Of a stretch of 64,000 nt of DNA, positions 45,619-55,100 are shown one piece after another. The position numbers and the translations under genes are program-made. A model generated the notes under the pieces. That model saw nothing but the letters and a program-made list of their open reading frames with translations. It did not search any database and was not told where the DNA came from. Origin of the DNA: an uncultured candidatus Porisulfidus sp. (GTDB lineage Bacteria; Pseudomonadota; Gammaproteobacteria; Poriferisulfidales; Poriferisulfidaceae); the NCBI GenBank assembly GCA_965199755.1, contig CBDASZ010000002.1:160001-224000 (forward strand), written 5' to 3'. Position 1 is the first letter of the stretch; each line of letters starts with the position of its first letter.

Positions 45619-46692
45619 TCAGGAGTCTGCCACGTGTCCGCACTGGGCCTGATGACGCAATGCGTGATCAGCCAATGTCAGCGCCAGCATCGCTTCGACG
45701 ATCGGCACCGCGCGCAGCGCCACGCACGGATCATGGCGGCCTTTCGTCACCACTTCCGCCTCTTCGCCCGAACGATCCAGCGTGCGTCCGGGAATGCGGA
45801 TGCTGGAGGTCGGTTTGAACGCCACCGACACCCGCAGGTCCTGCCCGGAACTCAGCCCGCCCAGCGTGCCGCCGGCATGATTGGACAAAAAGCCCTCCTT
45901 CGTCATCTCATCACGATGCTCGCTGCCGCGCTGCTCCACCACCGCGAAGCCGTCGCCAATTCCGACCGCCTTGACCGCGTTGATGCTCATCATGGCTCGC
46001 GCCACGGTCGCGTCCAGCCGATCGAAGATCGGATCACCCCAGCCGACCGGCATGCCGCAGGCTTCCGCCTCGACACAAGCCCCGACTGAATCGCCGGCTT
46101 GGCGTAGCGCATCAATGAATTCCTCGAGTTCAGAGACGCGCGCGGTATCCGGGAAGAAAAACGGGTTGGCTTCCACCGCCTCCCAGTCCACTTTTTCGGC
46201 GCGGATGTCCCCGACCTGGCGCACGCACGCGCGCAGTTCTACGCCGTAGGTGTCGCGCAGCCATTTGCGTGCGATCGCCCCGGCCGCCACCCGCATGGCG
46301 GTTTCTCGCGCTGAGGCGCGCCCGCCGCCGCGGTAGTCGCGAATGCCGTATTTGCGCTGATAGGTGAAGTCGGCGTGTCCGGGACGAAACAGATCCTTAA
46401 TCTCGCTATAGTCCTTGGAGCGGGCATCCTGATTCTCAATCAGCAGCGCGATAGGCGTGCCGGTAGTCCGACCTTCGAACACGCCAGACAGAATCTGTAC
46501 CTGATCCGGCTCCTTGCGCTGACTGGTGTGACGGGTCTTGCCGCTGCGGCGGCGCTCCAGGTCGCGCTGCAGGTCGGCTTCCGCCAATTCCAGATCGGGC
46601 GGACAGCCATCAACCACGCAGCCGATCGCCGGGCCGTGACTCTCCCCGAAGGAGGTCACAGTAAACAAGGTGCCGAAAATATTGCCTGACAT
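45619..46692 (-). CDS. aroC: Chorismate synthase
   Basis: [34 protein letters not shown]. Confidence 0.98.
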   Translation of the reverse strand: MSGNIFGTLFTVTSFGESHGPAIGCVVDGCPPDLELAEADLQRDLERRRSGKTRHTSQRKEPDQVQILSGVFEGRTTGTPIALLIENQDARSKDYSEIKDLFRPGHADFTYQRKYGIRDYRGGGRASARETAMRVAAGAIARKWLRDTYGVELRACVRQVGDIRAEKVDWEAVEANPFFFPDTARVSELEEFIDALRQAGDSVGACVEAEACGMPVGWGDPIFDRLDATVARAMMSINAVKAVGIGDGFAVVEQRGSEHRDEMTKEGFLSNHAGGTLGGLSSGQDLRVSVAFKPTSSIRIPGRTLDRSGEEAEVVTKGRHDPCVALRAVPIVEAMLALTLADHALRHQAQCGHVADS

Positions 46693-46716
46693 CGTGGCAC
46701 CGATTTTATCAGGGCG

Positions 46717-47055
46717 TCATTGTGGCGCGTCTTGCTGGTGTCGGCGATCCAGCCCGTCGGCATTGAGCAGCGCATAGTGCGCGTCTGTCCCGAACACGGT
46801 CAGTTGCGCCGGCTGCTCCTCGCTGACTTCCCAGCGGCCATGCACATTCTGCTGCGCATCTTCCAGAATAAACTCGCTGGCATACACTTCAGTCGCGTAC
46901 ACGCGAATCGGGCCCAGCCAGCCCATCTCGGAAGTGGCCTGCCAGAGGATTAATGATGCGACCGCGATCAGACCGATCCGCAGGCGCATCACATAGCGCT
47001 CCAGTTCCACAATGCGTTCCTCGGTGGATTTGGGGGTATCGTCTTTACGGGACAT
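46717..47055 (-). CDS. Hypothetical membrane-anchored protein
   Basis: ORF with AGGAG RBS, short coiled coil and one TM segment. Confidence 0.65.
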   Translation of the reverse strand: MSRKDDTPKSTEERIVELERYVMRLRIGLIAVASLILWQATSEMGWLGPIRVYATEVYASEFILEDAQQNVHGRWEVSEEQPAQLTVFGTDAHYALLNADGLDRRHQQDAPQ

Positions 47056-47075
47056 GGTTTTCTCCTGAGGGTAAT

Positions 47076-47990
47076 TCAAAAAGTCGAGTCGCCGCACAGG
47101 CGGCGGCCAATCTGTTCATAGCGTTCGGTCGTGCCACGCACCACGTCGTCGGGCAACTCTGGGCCCGGCGGGCGCTTGTCCCACGCTTGCTGCTGGAGCC
47201 AATCGCGCACGAACTGCTTGTCAAAACTTTCGGGGGCATTCCCTGGATGCCAGTGCGCTGTTTCCCAGAATCGCGAAGAATCCGGGGTCAGCGCCTCATC
47301 AATCAGTACCAGTTTTCCCTGCGCATCCAGTCCGAACTCGAACTTGGTGTCGGCAATGATGATTCCTCGCGCTTGTGCATGCGCGCACGCCGCCTCATAC
47401 AGCCGCAGACTTAAATCACGCACTTCTTGCGCGCGCTGTGCTCCGATCAGATCGGTGGCCGCCTCAAAACTGATGTTCTCGTCATGAGCGCCCACTTCGG
47501 CTTTGGTGGCCGGGGTGAACAACGGCTGCGGAAGACGCTCCGCTATGCGCATACCCGATGGCAGGGGAATGCCGCACACTTCACCATCGCGCTGATAATC
47601 CGTCCAGCCGGATCCCACCAGATAGCCGCGCACCACTGCTTCGATCGGCAGTGGCTGCAGTTTCCGAATGCGCATACTGCGCCCGCGCAACAAGACGCGC
47701 TCCTCATCCGTCAGCGATACGTCGTCCAAGTCTCCCCCCAAACTGTGATGCGACACAAGGTCGCGCAAGTGCTCAAACCAGAATGCGGAAATCGCGGTCA
47801 GCGCGCGCCCCTTACCCGGCACCGGCGTTGGCAGCACCACATCAAAGGCTGACAGACGATCGGTCGCCACCATTAGCCATTCATTGGCGTCAATCTCGTA
47901 CAAATCACGCACTTTGCCACGCTGTACGCACGGCAAATGCGTCAACTGCGTCTCAAACACGACGGGTGCGTCAGTCACCACACGCCTCAA
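47076..47990 (-). CDS. purC: SAICAR synthetase
   Basis: RGKVRDLY, DRLSAFD, EAVVRGYLVGSGW, ADTKFEFG, TPDSSRFW. Confidence 0.98.
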   Translation of the reverse strand: MRRVVTDAPVVFETQLTHLPCVQRGKVRDLYEIDANEWLMVATDRLSAFDVVLPTPVPGKGRALTAISAFWFEHLRDLVSHHSLGGDLDDVSLTDEERVLLRGRSMRIRKLQPLPIEAVVRGYLVGSGWTDYQRDGEVCGIPLPSGMRIAERLPQPLFTPATKAEVGAHDENISFEAATDLIGAQRAQEVRDLSLRLYEAACAHAQARGIIIADTKFEFGLDAQGKLVLIDEALTPDSSRFWETAHWHPGNAPESFDKQFVRDWLQQQAWDKRPPGPELPDDVVRGTTERYEQIGRRLCGDSTF

Positions 47991-48592
47991 CGATAATCCG
48001 TGCGATCCTCGAACGCCGTCATCACCGTATTAGAGTCCAGATATTCCAGTTCACCGCCGACTGGTACGCCGCGCGCGAGGCGCGTCACCCGAATGTCGTA
48101 GCGCCCGGCGATCTCATGCAGCACATGCGCGGTGACGTCGCTCTCAACGCCACTGCCGACCACCAGAATCATTTCCTCCACCTCTTCCACTTCCAGCAAC
48201 CGTTGCAGTTGCGGCAGGCCCAGTTCTTCCGGCCCCACCCCATCAAGCGGTGACAACCGCCCCATCAGCACAAAGTAGCGACCACGAAAATCCGTGTGCG
48301 CTTCCAGCAGGCGCACTTGCGCGGGATTCTCGACCACACACAATTGTTTGGAATCGCGGTTCGGATCCGCGCATATCGAGCACAGTTCATGTTCAGTGAA
48401 GTTGCGGCAGCGGGCGCAGTGGCGGATATTGTCCAGTGCCTCCTTCATCACCCCCGCCAGCTTGCGCCCGCGCGGGCGATCCCGCTCCAGCAGGTGGTAG
48501 GCCATGCGCTGCGCGGTCTTGACCCCGACCCCCGGCAGGCAGGTCAGGCTGTCGACCAGTCGATCCAGCAAGGAATCCTGTGTGTTCGTCAT
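47987..48592 (-). CDS. recR: Recombination protein RecR
   Basis: LPGVGVKTAQR, C4 zinc finger, LARGVPVGGELEY. Confidence 0.97.
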   Translation of the reverse strand: MTNTQDSLLDRLVDSLTCLPGVGVKTAQRMAYHLLERDRPRGRKLAGVMKEALDNIRHCARCRNFTEHELCSICADPNRDSKQLCVVENPAQVRLLEAHTDFRGRYFVLMGRLSPLDGVGPEELGLPQLQRLLEVEEVEEMILVVGSGVESDVTAHVLHEIAGRYDIRVTRLARGVPVGGELEYLDSNTVMTAFEDRTDYR

Positions 48593-50181
48593 TCAGAGGT
48601 CGGCGCGTTGCCGGGCGCCACGCCCGTCGGGAGTTCGATCTGCCGCGCCCCCAGTTGCTCGCGCAGCGCCTTCGGCACCGGCGCTTCTTCCAGTTCCTGG
48701 CGCACTTCCTCCTGATGGGTTTCGTGAGCCTGATTCTCCAGTTGCTGCAGGGTTTCCTGCGTCACTTCGCCCAAACGGATCGAAACTTTAAGCGCACAGC
48801 CGAAATGCGTACTCAAAGCGGACTCCAGTGCTGATTTTGCATCCGCCTTCGGCGTCTCCTTTTGTTCACACACCAGAAACAGCGTATCGTCTTCCACACG
48901 CTCCAGCATGCACTGCTTCGCCAGCATACGCGGTATGCCCACCAGTTTTAATTGACCTACCAGATCATTCCAGTCCTCCACTTCCCCTTGCCACTCACTC
49001 GCCGGCGCTTCCGGCTCAGCCGGTGGTTGGGCCTTGAGGGTCGGATCAGGCGCGGGTTCGGCTGCAGGTGCTGGTCGCGCGGGGGCGACCGAAGGTTGTG
49101 TATTCGGGACAAAGCACAGCACGCGCAGCAACAGCATCTCCAGTCCGGTCTGCTCATCAGGAGCAAACTGCAATTCCTGCTTGCCCGTCAGCAGCATTTG
49201 CCAAGCAAGTTGAATATCGGCCGGGGAGAACGCGGCATTGAGAGCGACGACCGCCTCAGCACGTTCTTCAGGGACGGCCGCACCGACTCCCTCGGCGCTC
49301 ATGGCGCAGGCGTGAAACACCGCGGCCAGTTCGTCCAGAATGTCTGGGTAGGATGGTGCCGTCTCGCTCAAGCGGCGCACCGCCTCCATGACTTCCTGCG
49401 CATCGCGCGTCGCCAGTGCGCGCACCAAAGCGTCAAAACTCTCTTGCGGCAGCAAGCCGAGCATGTGACCGAGTTCCGCTTGTGTCAGATCCGCCACGCA
49501 ATAGTTGATGGCCTGATCCAGCAGACTGAGGCCGTCGCGCATACTGCCGTCTGCCGCGCGGCCCAAAGCCGCCACCGCGGCCTCCTCGAAACCTACCGAC
49601 TCCTCCTGAAGAATGTGGCTCAACTGCTCGCTGATCTGGCTCGGCGTCAGACGCTTGAGGTGAAATTGCAGGCAGCGCGACAGTACGGTGGCCGGAAGTT
49701 TCTGTGGGTCGGTCGTCGCCAGCAAGAACTTGACGTGCGATGGCGGCTCCTCCAGAGTCTTCAGCAGCGCATTGAAACTGCTCTGCGAGAGCATGTGCAC
49801 CTCGTCGATCAAATAAACCTTGAAACGACCATGCGTCGGTGCGTAAGAGGTGTCGCTCAACAGCTCACGCATCTCCTCCACACGGGTACGCGACGCGGCG
49901 TCAATCTCAATCAGGTCCGGGAAACTGCCGTCGTCAATGCCGCGACAGTACTCGCACACGCCGCACGGCTCCGCACGTACGCCTTCGGCGCAATTCATGC
50001 ACTTGGCGACAATCCGCGCCAGCGTGGTCTTGCCGACTCCGCGTGTACCGGTGAACAGGTAGGCATGATGCAACCGTTCGTTCTCGAACGCCTTGTCCAG
50101 CACTTGCAACACGTGCTGCTGTCCGACTACTTCGGAGAACACGCGCGGCCGCCACTTGCGAGCCAGCACTTCGTACGTCAT
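48589..50181 (-). CDS. dnaX: DNA polymerase III subunit gamma/tau
   Basis: YEVLARKWRP, GTRGVGKTT, IDEVHML, FNALLKTLEEPP. Confidence 0.98.
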   Translation of the reverse strand: MTYEVLARKWRPRVFSEVVGQQHVLQVLDKAFENERLHHAYLFTGTRGVGKTTLARIVAKCMNCAEGVRAEPCGVCEYCRGIDDGSFPDLIEIDAASRTRVEEMRELLSDTSYAPTHGRFKVYLIDEVHMLSQSSFNALLKTLEEPPSHVKFLLATTDPQKLPATVLSRCLQFHLKRLTPSQISEQLSHILQEESVGFEEAAVAALGRAADGSMRDGLSLLDQAINYCVADLTQAELGHMLGLLPQESFDALVRALATRDAQEVMEAVRRLSETAPSYPDILDELAAVFHACAMSAEGVGAAVPEERAEAVVALNAAFSPADIQLAWQMLLTGKQELQFAPDEQTGLEMLLLRVLCFVPNTQPSVAPARPAPAAEPAPDPTLKAQPPAEPEAPASEWQGEVEDWNDLVGQLKLVGIPRMLAKQCMLERVEDDTLFLVCEQKETPKADAKSALESALSTHFGCALKVSIRLGEVTQETLQQLENQAHETHQEEVRQELEEAPVPKALREQLGARQIELPTGVAPGNAPTSE

Positions 50182-50408
50182 TTCGCTAGCGCCATTAGGG
50201 CTGAATCCACAAAAATCATCAGTTCTCGCCTCTCCGCCTCATTATAGAGGGGACTTCGGGGGTCTGAAATCTCTGGTGAAGGGTTTCATCCGCTCCCCCT
50301 GCTATTTCCGGTGCTTATAAGTGATCCCCGGAATTAAATTAAAAAAGCGCCGCGACAAAACTGTTGCACGACGCCTTTTATTCTATATCCGTCCCCTACA
50401 ATAACCCC

Positions 50409-51626
50409 ATGCACGGCATTCGGCACAACCTCGGCCAATTCAGCCACCAGCTGGCGCAAGTCTTTCTGGTCGGCATGACGTTAGGCATGGTGCGCACGGT
50501 GGTGCCCGCGCTGGCAGAGACCGAATTCTCCATTGAGCGCCAATCCTACCTGTTGCTAACCACCTTCGTGGTCGCGTTCGGGTTTATCAAGGGGGCAATG
50601 AATTTTGTAGCCGGTCGCGTCGCGGATCGCTTCGGTCGCAAGCCGGTGCTGCTGGCTGGATGGCTGGTCGCCCTGCCGGCTCCCTTTCTGCTGTTATATG
50701 CCACAAGTTGGAATCAGGTTATTCTGGCCACCGCCCTGCTCGGTATCAATCAGGGACTGTGCTGGTCTGTAACCCAAGCCAGCAAACTGGACCTTGCGCA
50801 TCCGCAGCAGCGCGGATTCGCAGTCGGGCTGGATGAGTTCTCCGGCTACCTCGGTGTCGCCGCGGCCGGGGTGATCACCGGCTATCTGGCCAGTCTGTGG
50901 GAAGTCCGCGACGCCTTGTGGGGCTTTGGTCTGTTCTGCATCCTGATGGCGCTACTGCTGCTGCTGGGCTGGGTACGTGAAACCCTGCCGTGGGCGCATC
51001 ACGAAGAAGTCCAAGAGTCTTCTTCTGACCCCGTCCCCGCAACCACTTGGGAGGCTTTCGTGCGGGTTTCGTGGGGTGACCGACGCATGTTCGCGGTCAG
51101 TCAGGCGGGCCTGGTTGAGAAGTTCGTCGATACGCTGGTGTGGATTTTCTACCCGGCCTATCTGTATGCCAACGGCTTCAGCCTGCTGGACATCGGCTGG
51201 ATTGTCGGTGTGTACGGGACGGTCTGGGGTGCCAGTCAGTTCGCGACCGGGCGTTTGTCAGACCGCGTCGGCCGCCTGCTGCCCTGTGTCAGTGGTATGT
51301 GGCTGTGCGCTGTGGGCGTGCTCGGTGCGCTGTGGAGTTCCGCTTTTGAGGCGTGGATTGTCAGCGCCGCCATCACCGGGTTCGGCATGGCCTTGCTGTA
51401 TCCCAATCTGAGCGCCGCCATTAGTGATCTGGCCACGCCCGTCTGGCGCGGCTCCGCCATTGGCATCTACCGCTTCTGGCGGGATCTGGGCTACGGGATT
51501 GGCGCGCTGGCCTTGGGGGTGCTGGCCAGTATGAGTGGTCAGGTAGAAGCCGGCTTCTACGGTGTTGCGGTCAGTATGTTTGTGTCTGGCGTGGTGCTGG
51601 CGTGGCTAGGGCCACGACGCGCATAA
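50409..51626 (+). CDS. MFS transporter
   Basis: GRVADRFGRK motif A, GIYRFWRDLGY. Confidence 0.9.
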   Translation: MHGIRHNLGQFSHQLAQVFLVGMTLGMVRTVVPALAETEFSIERQSYLLLTTFVVAFGFIKGAMNFVAGRVADRFGRKPVLLAGWLVALPAPFLLLYATSWNQVILATALLGINQGLCWSVTQASKLDLAHPQQRGFAVGLDEFSGYLGVAAAGVITGYLASLWEVRDALWGFGLFCILMALLLLLGWVRETLPWAHHEEVQESSSDPVPATTWEAFVRVSWGDRRMFAVSQAGLVEKFVDTLVWIFYPAYLYANGFSLLDIGWIVGVYGTVWGASQFATGRLSDRVGRLLPCVSGMWLCAVGVLGALWSSAFEAWIVSAAITGFGMALLYPNLSAAISDLATPVWRGSAIGIYRFWRDLGYGIGALALGVLASMSGQVEAGFYGVAVSMFVSGVVLAWLGPRRA

Positions 51627-51635
51627 CGACGCGGA

Positions 51636-53012
51636 TCAGGAATCCGCAACCGCCAGCATTTCTTCGCGGCGCGTGAATTTCTCGCGCGGCTTGCCCTTCG
51701 GCTCACCACGGCTTACTTCTTCCGTATCAATTTTCTGCCAATCCGCAAATTCCACCACGCGCGTCCCGCGTTCGGACAGGATCGATAGCAAAGCCTCCGT
51801 TCCTGCCTTCTCCGTTGGCAATGATCCCAGATCCTCCAGCAAGGAGCCGACCGTCTCCACCGCGCAGGCGCGGTTGGTGCCGATGATGCCGGAAGGACCG
51901 CGCTTGATCCAGCCGGTGGTGTACAGACCGGGCACAACCGCCCCCTCCGGGGTATCAAGCATACGCCCGGCTTCATTCGGGAATACTCCCCAGGAATCAT
52001 GGAACGGCACACCTTCGATCGGTACGCCGCGATACCCTATCGAGCGGAATAGCAGTCCGCATTCCAGCTCTTCCGTTTCCCCGGTACCACTTGCGCGCTG
52101 ACTAAACGGCTCGCCGGTCAAGGCATTGCGCTCCAGCACCACACGCTCAAGTTTGCCGTCACCTAGCAACTGCACCGGACTGCGGCAGAATGTCATCTTG
52201 CAGGTACGCGCTTTGTCGTCGCGCGGTGCCATTTTCTCGAAGATGGCCAGATTCTTGGTTGCCACCAGACTGCGCTTGCGGTCTTCCAGTTCCGCCTGAG
52301 TGGCCTCATTGAGTTCCAGTTCCTGCGGATCAATCACCGTCTGGCAATTCTCAAGTTCCAGAAACTCACGCAATTCCTTGGTGGTGAACTTGGCCTGAGC
52401 CGGTCCGCGTCGCCCGACCACCACGATTGTGCGGATGCGGCTTTCGGCCAGCGCATCCAGCGCATGCTGCGCGATGTCGGTATGTTTCAGCTCGTCGATT
52501 GATTTTGACAGGATGCGCGCGACATCCGCCGCCACATTGCCCTGCCCAATGATCACCGCGGTTTCGTGCGAGAAATCAAACTGCCGATCGCGATAGTCCG
52601 GGTGGCCGTTGTACCAGCCGACGAATTCCGTGGCCGTATGACTGCCCGGCAGATCCTCACCGTCAATCCCCAGACGCCGATCGGTTTCGGCACCGCAGGC
52701 GTAGATGACGGCATGGTAATTCTCGTTTAGCTCTTGCGGGGTGACGTCCTCTCCTACCGCCACATTGCCAAAGAAGCGGAACCCCTCCAGCGCGGCGACT
52801 TTCTTGTAGACTTCAATAGACTGCTTCAGTTTCGGGTGATCCGGTGCCACGCCGCTGCGCACCAGCCCATACGGCGACGGCAGACGCTCGATCAGGTCCA
52901 CGCATACGGCATGCTCTGATTTCAGCAGGGCCTCGGTGGCGTAGAAACCGCTCGGCCCGGCACCCACTACGGCAACCCGCAGGGACGAGGCTTCTGTCCC
53001 CAGTTGACTCAC
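51636..53012 (-). CDS. Ferredoxin-NADP+ reductase (adrenodoxin reductase/FprA type)
   Basis: VVGAGPSGFY, GLVRSGVAPDH, IIGQGNVAADVAR, GWIKRGPSGIIGTN. Confidence 0.93.
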   Translation of the reverse strand: MSQLGTEASSLRVAVVGAGPSGFYATEALLKSEHAVCVDLIERLPSPYGLVRSGVAPDHPKLKQSIEVYKKVAALEGFRFFGNVAVGEDVTPQELNENYHAVIYACGAETDRRLGIDGEDLPGSHTATEFVGWYNGHPDYRDRQFDFSHETAVIIGQGNVAADVARILSKSIDELKHTDIAQHALDALAESRIRTIVVVGRRGPAQAKFTTKELREFLELENCQTVIDPQELELNEATQAELEDRKRSLVATKNLAIFEKMAPRDDKARTCKMTFCRSPVQLLGDGKLERVVLERNALTGEPFSQRASGTGETEELECGLLFRSIGYRGVPIEGVPFHDSWGVFPNEAGRMLDTPEGAVVPGLYTTGWIKRGPSGIIGTNRACAVETVGSLLEDLGSLPTEKAGTEALLSILSERGTRVVEFADWQKIDTEEVSRGEPKGKPREKFTRREEMLAVADS

Positions 53013-53015
53013 AGG

Positions 53016-53321
53016 TCAGAAACCCAGTTCTGTCTTACGTTCTTCGGCTCCGTCCAGCGGATCTATCTTCTCTTCAATCACCGGCAGATCCGGGGCGCGC
53101 TCGGCGTTGATGTCAACCCACTCCATCTTGTCATCCGGCAGGTCATCAATCTCGTAGATAGCCTCTACCGGGCATTCGGGAATACACGCGCTGCAATCAA
53201 TGCAGACATCTGGATCGATGTACAGCATCTCGTCGTCATAATGAAAGCAGGCCACCGGGCAAACCGCCACACAGTCGGTGAAGCGGCAACCCTTGCAGTT
53301 GTCGGTTACGATCGTGGTCAT
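53016..53321 (-). CDS. Dicluster (7Fe FdxA-type) ferredoxin
   Basis: CKGCRFTDCVAVCP and CIDCSACIPECP. Confidence 0.93.
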   Translation of the reverse strand: MTTIVTDNCKGCRFTDCVAVCPVACFHYDDEMLYIDPDVCIDCSACIPECPVEAIYEIDDLPDDKMEWVDINAERAPDLPVIEEKIDPLDGAEERKTELGF

Positions 53322-53389
53322 GGAATCTCCTGAATTAAGTCACTGAACGCTTGTGCGCCACAGAAAGGTAGACAAATTATAGACGACAG

Positions 53390-54202
53390 CTACCGCGCGT
53401 CGTAAATCAATAGTTCGCCGCGAGTCTCCTCTATCGCGTCACCGCAGTACCGGCGGTAGTTTCCGCTCATCATCTCGTCACCAATCTCAAAGCCGCTTTG
53501 CCCAAGGTGGCACAAATAAAAGCGCAGGAAAATCGGCCGAAAGCGGCACGAATAACTGAAGCTCGGCAGGATGTCCATCGGCGTAAAAGAAACGATGCTG
53601 CCGCGCACCATGCCGGCACCGGCGCGAATACCCATACCGCCCATCACCACGATCGTGCCGGCGCGCATGTTGACGCCAGCAAAATCACCAGCCTGTCCGC
53701 CCACCGCAATCAGACCGCGGCGCATGGCCGAGCCCAATTCGTTTTTGACATTGCCGTGAATCAGGATCTCTCCGCCCTGCAGGCCGACGGTCTGGCCCCG
53801 GTACGCACTGCCGACCATATGTCCGGCGTCTCCCATCACGGTGATGCGCCCACCGGTCATTTCCGGTCCCACCCAGTCCGAAGCATCACCGGAGACCTGA
53901 ATCAGCCCTCCTGACATACCGGCTCCCAAGTGCATTCCCACTGAGCCATTCACACGCACTTCGCCTTCGCTCATGCCCGCGCCGATATATTTGACGCGAG
54001 ATAAATCACCTTCCAGATGCAACTGCAACTGTCCGTTGCCAGACACCTTGAAAAAGTCGCCCACCATCGCCTTCTCGTTGCCGTGCATGACTTCTAGATG
54101 CTCCACACCGGCTTGCGACAGCCCGGCGATACGTGCCGGTGACAAACATTCCGCTTCCAGTGGCACTTCCGGGCGGGTGATCAACTTCAATGCCGTGTGC
54201 AT
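53390..54202 (-). CDS. fwdC: Formylmethanofuran dehydrogenase subunit C (FwdC/FhcC)
   Basis: GxxMxxG beta-helix repeats (GAGMSEGEV, GAGMSGGLI, GSAMRRGLI); cluster context. Confidence 0.92.
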   Translation of the reverse strand: MHTALKLITRPEVPLEAECLSPARIAGLSQAGVEHLEVMHGNEKAMVGDFFKVSGNGQLQLHLEGDLSRVKYIGAGMSEGEVRVNGSVGMHLGAGMSGGLIQVSGDASDWVGPEMTGGRITVMGDAGHMVGSAYRGQTVGLQGGEILIHGNVKNELGSAMRRGLIAVGGQAGDFAGVNMRAGTIVVMGGMGIRAGAGMVRGSIVSFTPMDILPSFSYSCRFRPIFLRFYLCHLGQSGFEIGDEMMSGNYRRYCGDAIEETRGELLIYDAR

Positions 54203-54206
54203 AAGC

Positions 54207-55100
54207 CTACGCCCCTTTCAGCAGTTCGTGGAGCCCGAACTTGTACTGCCCAAGCGTGCCGCCGTAGTTGCCGGCACTGATGTAATCCGCGCCCTTGGTG
54301 GCCGCGGCGTGGATGCCGCGCTGCATCGCGTCCCGCAGCGCTTCTTCGTTCAGACCATTGACCACCACTTCGTAGACGGCGGTGATGCCCTCCGGCAGCG
54401 CGCTATCCTCCACGCGACCGCGCAAGGTTGGACAGTAGGCATGGTTGGTTGATGCAATCAGGCTCTTGTAGCGTGACCCCACCTTGCTGCCTGAACCCAC
54501 TACTCCATGCGGAAATGGCAGAAACACGCCCGCCACCTCACGCATCGCCTCAACCGCGCCGACCGCCGCGCGTAGCGCATTGCGGTGGCTGGTGCTCATC
54601 AGCAACAGGTTGCCGCCGCCAATCGTGGGCTGCACCCCGAACACATCGTCAACCAGAAACTCTCCGCCCATAATCGGAATGCGCCACATTCGCCGATCGC
54701 CAATCACCTTGGAGATCTGATGGCCATCGCCAAAAAATCGTAAGCGTTGTCCGACCGGTACCTGATTGTCACTCGCAAGCCCGTTGTAACAGGCCGTGGT
54801 GGGACAGGTCATCACGCTTTGTCCGATCCGCTCAACCAGACGCGCTGACATATCCTTTTCGCTCATGGTGAACAACAGTACGCTAACACCGGGGCGCAGA
54901 TCCGGCGTGTCCGTATCGGGCAGTTCGCATTCCACCGCCGCCTCGCACTTGCAGCGAATGACGGAGGTGGCAAATCCGGTGATCGATTGCGCCGCCGCCC
55001 GCGCCCAGTTCTTGGTCTCGGCGGTGATGATGACGCGCGAACCCCACATGCCGAAGGCTTCGGCAAAGGTATCGACGACTTCAGTCTTGCCAATATGCAT
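54207..55100 (-). CDS. ftr: Formylmethanofuran:tetrahydromethanopterin formyltransferase (Ftr/FhcD)
   Basis: DTFAEAF, GFATSVI, RIGQSVMTCPTT, FFGDG, GSKVGS, SAGNYGG. Confidence 0.96.
   Translation of the reverse strand: MHIGKTEVVDTFAEAFGMWGSRVIITAETKNWARAAAQSITGFATSVIRCKCEAAVECELPDTDTPDLRPGVSVLLFTMSEKDMSARLVERIGQSVMTCPTTACYNGLASDNQVPVGQRLRFFGDGHQISKVIGDRRMWRIPIMGGEFLVDDVFGVQPTIGGGNLLLMSTSHRNALRAAVGAVEAMREVAGVFLPFPHGVVGSGSKVGSRYKSLIASTNHAYCPTLRGRVEDSALPEGITAVYEVVVNGLNEEALRDAMQRGIHAAATKGADYISAGNYGGTLGQYKFGLHELLKGA

Noticed and set aside
47987-50181. ybaB missing between dnaX and recR
   Set aside because: Simple gene loss or relocation; the genes overlap cleanly and no remnant is visible
50182-50408. 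SRP RNA (ffs) or tRNA upstream of dnaX
   Set aside because: No GGAAGGAAGCAGC-type SRP loop or tRNA cloverleaf found
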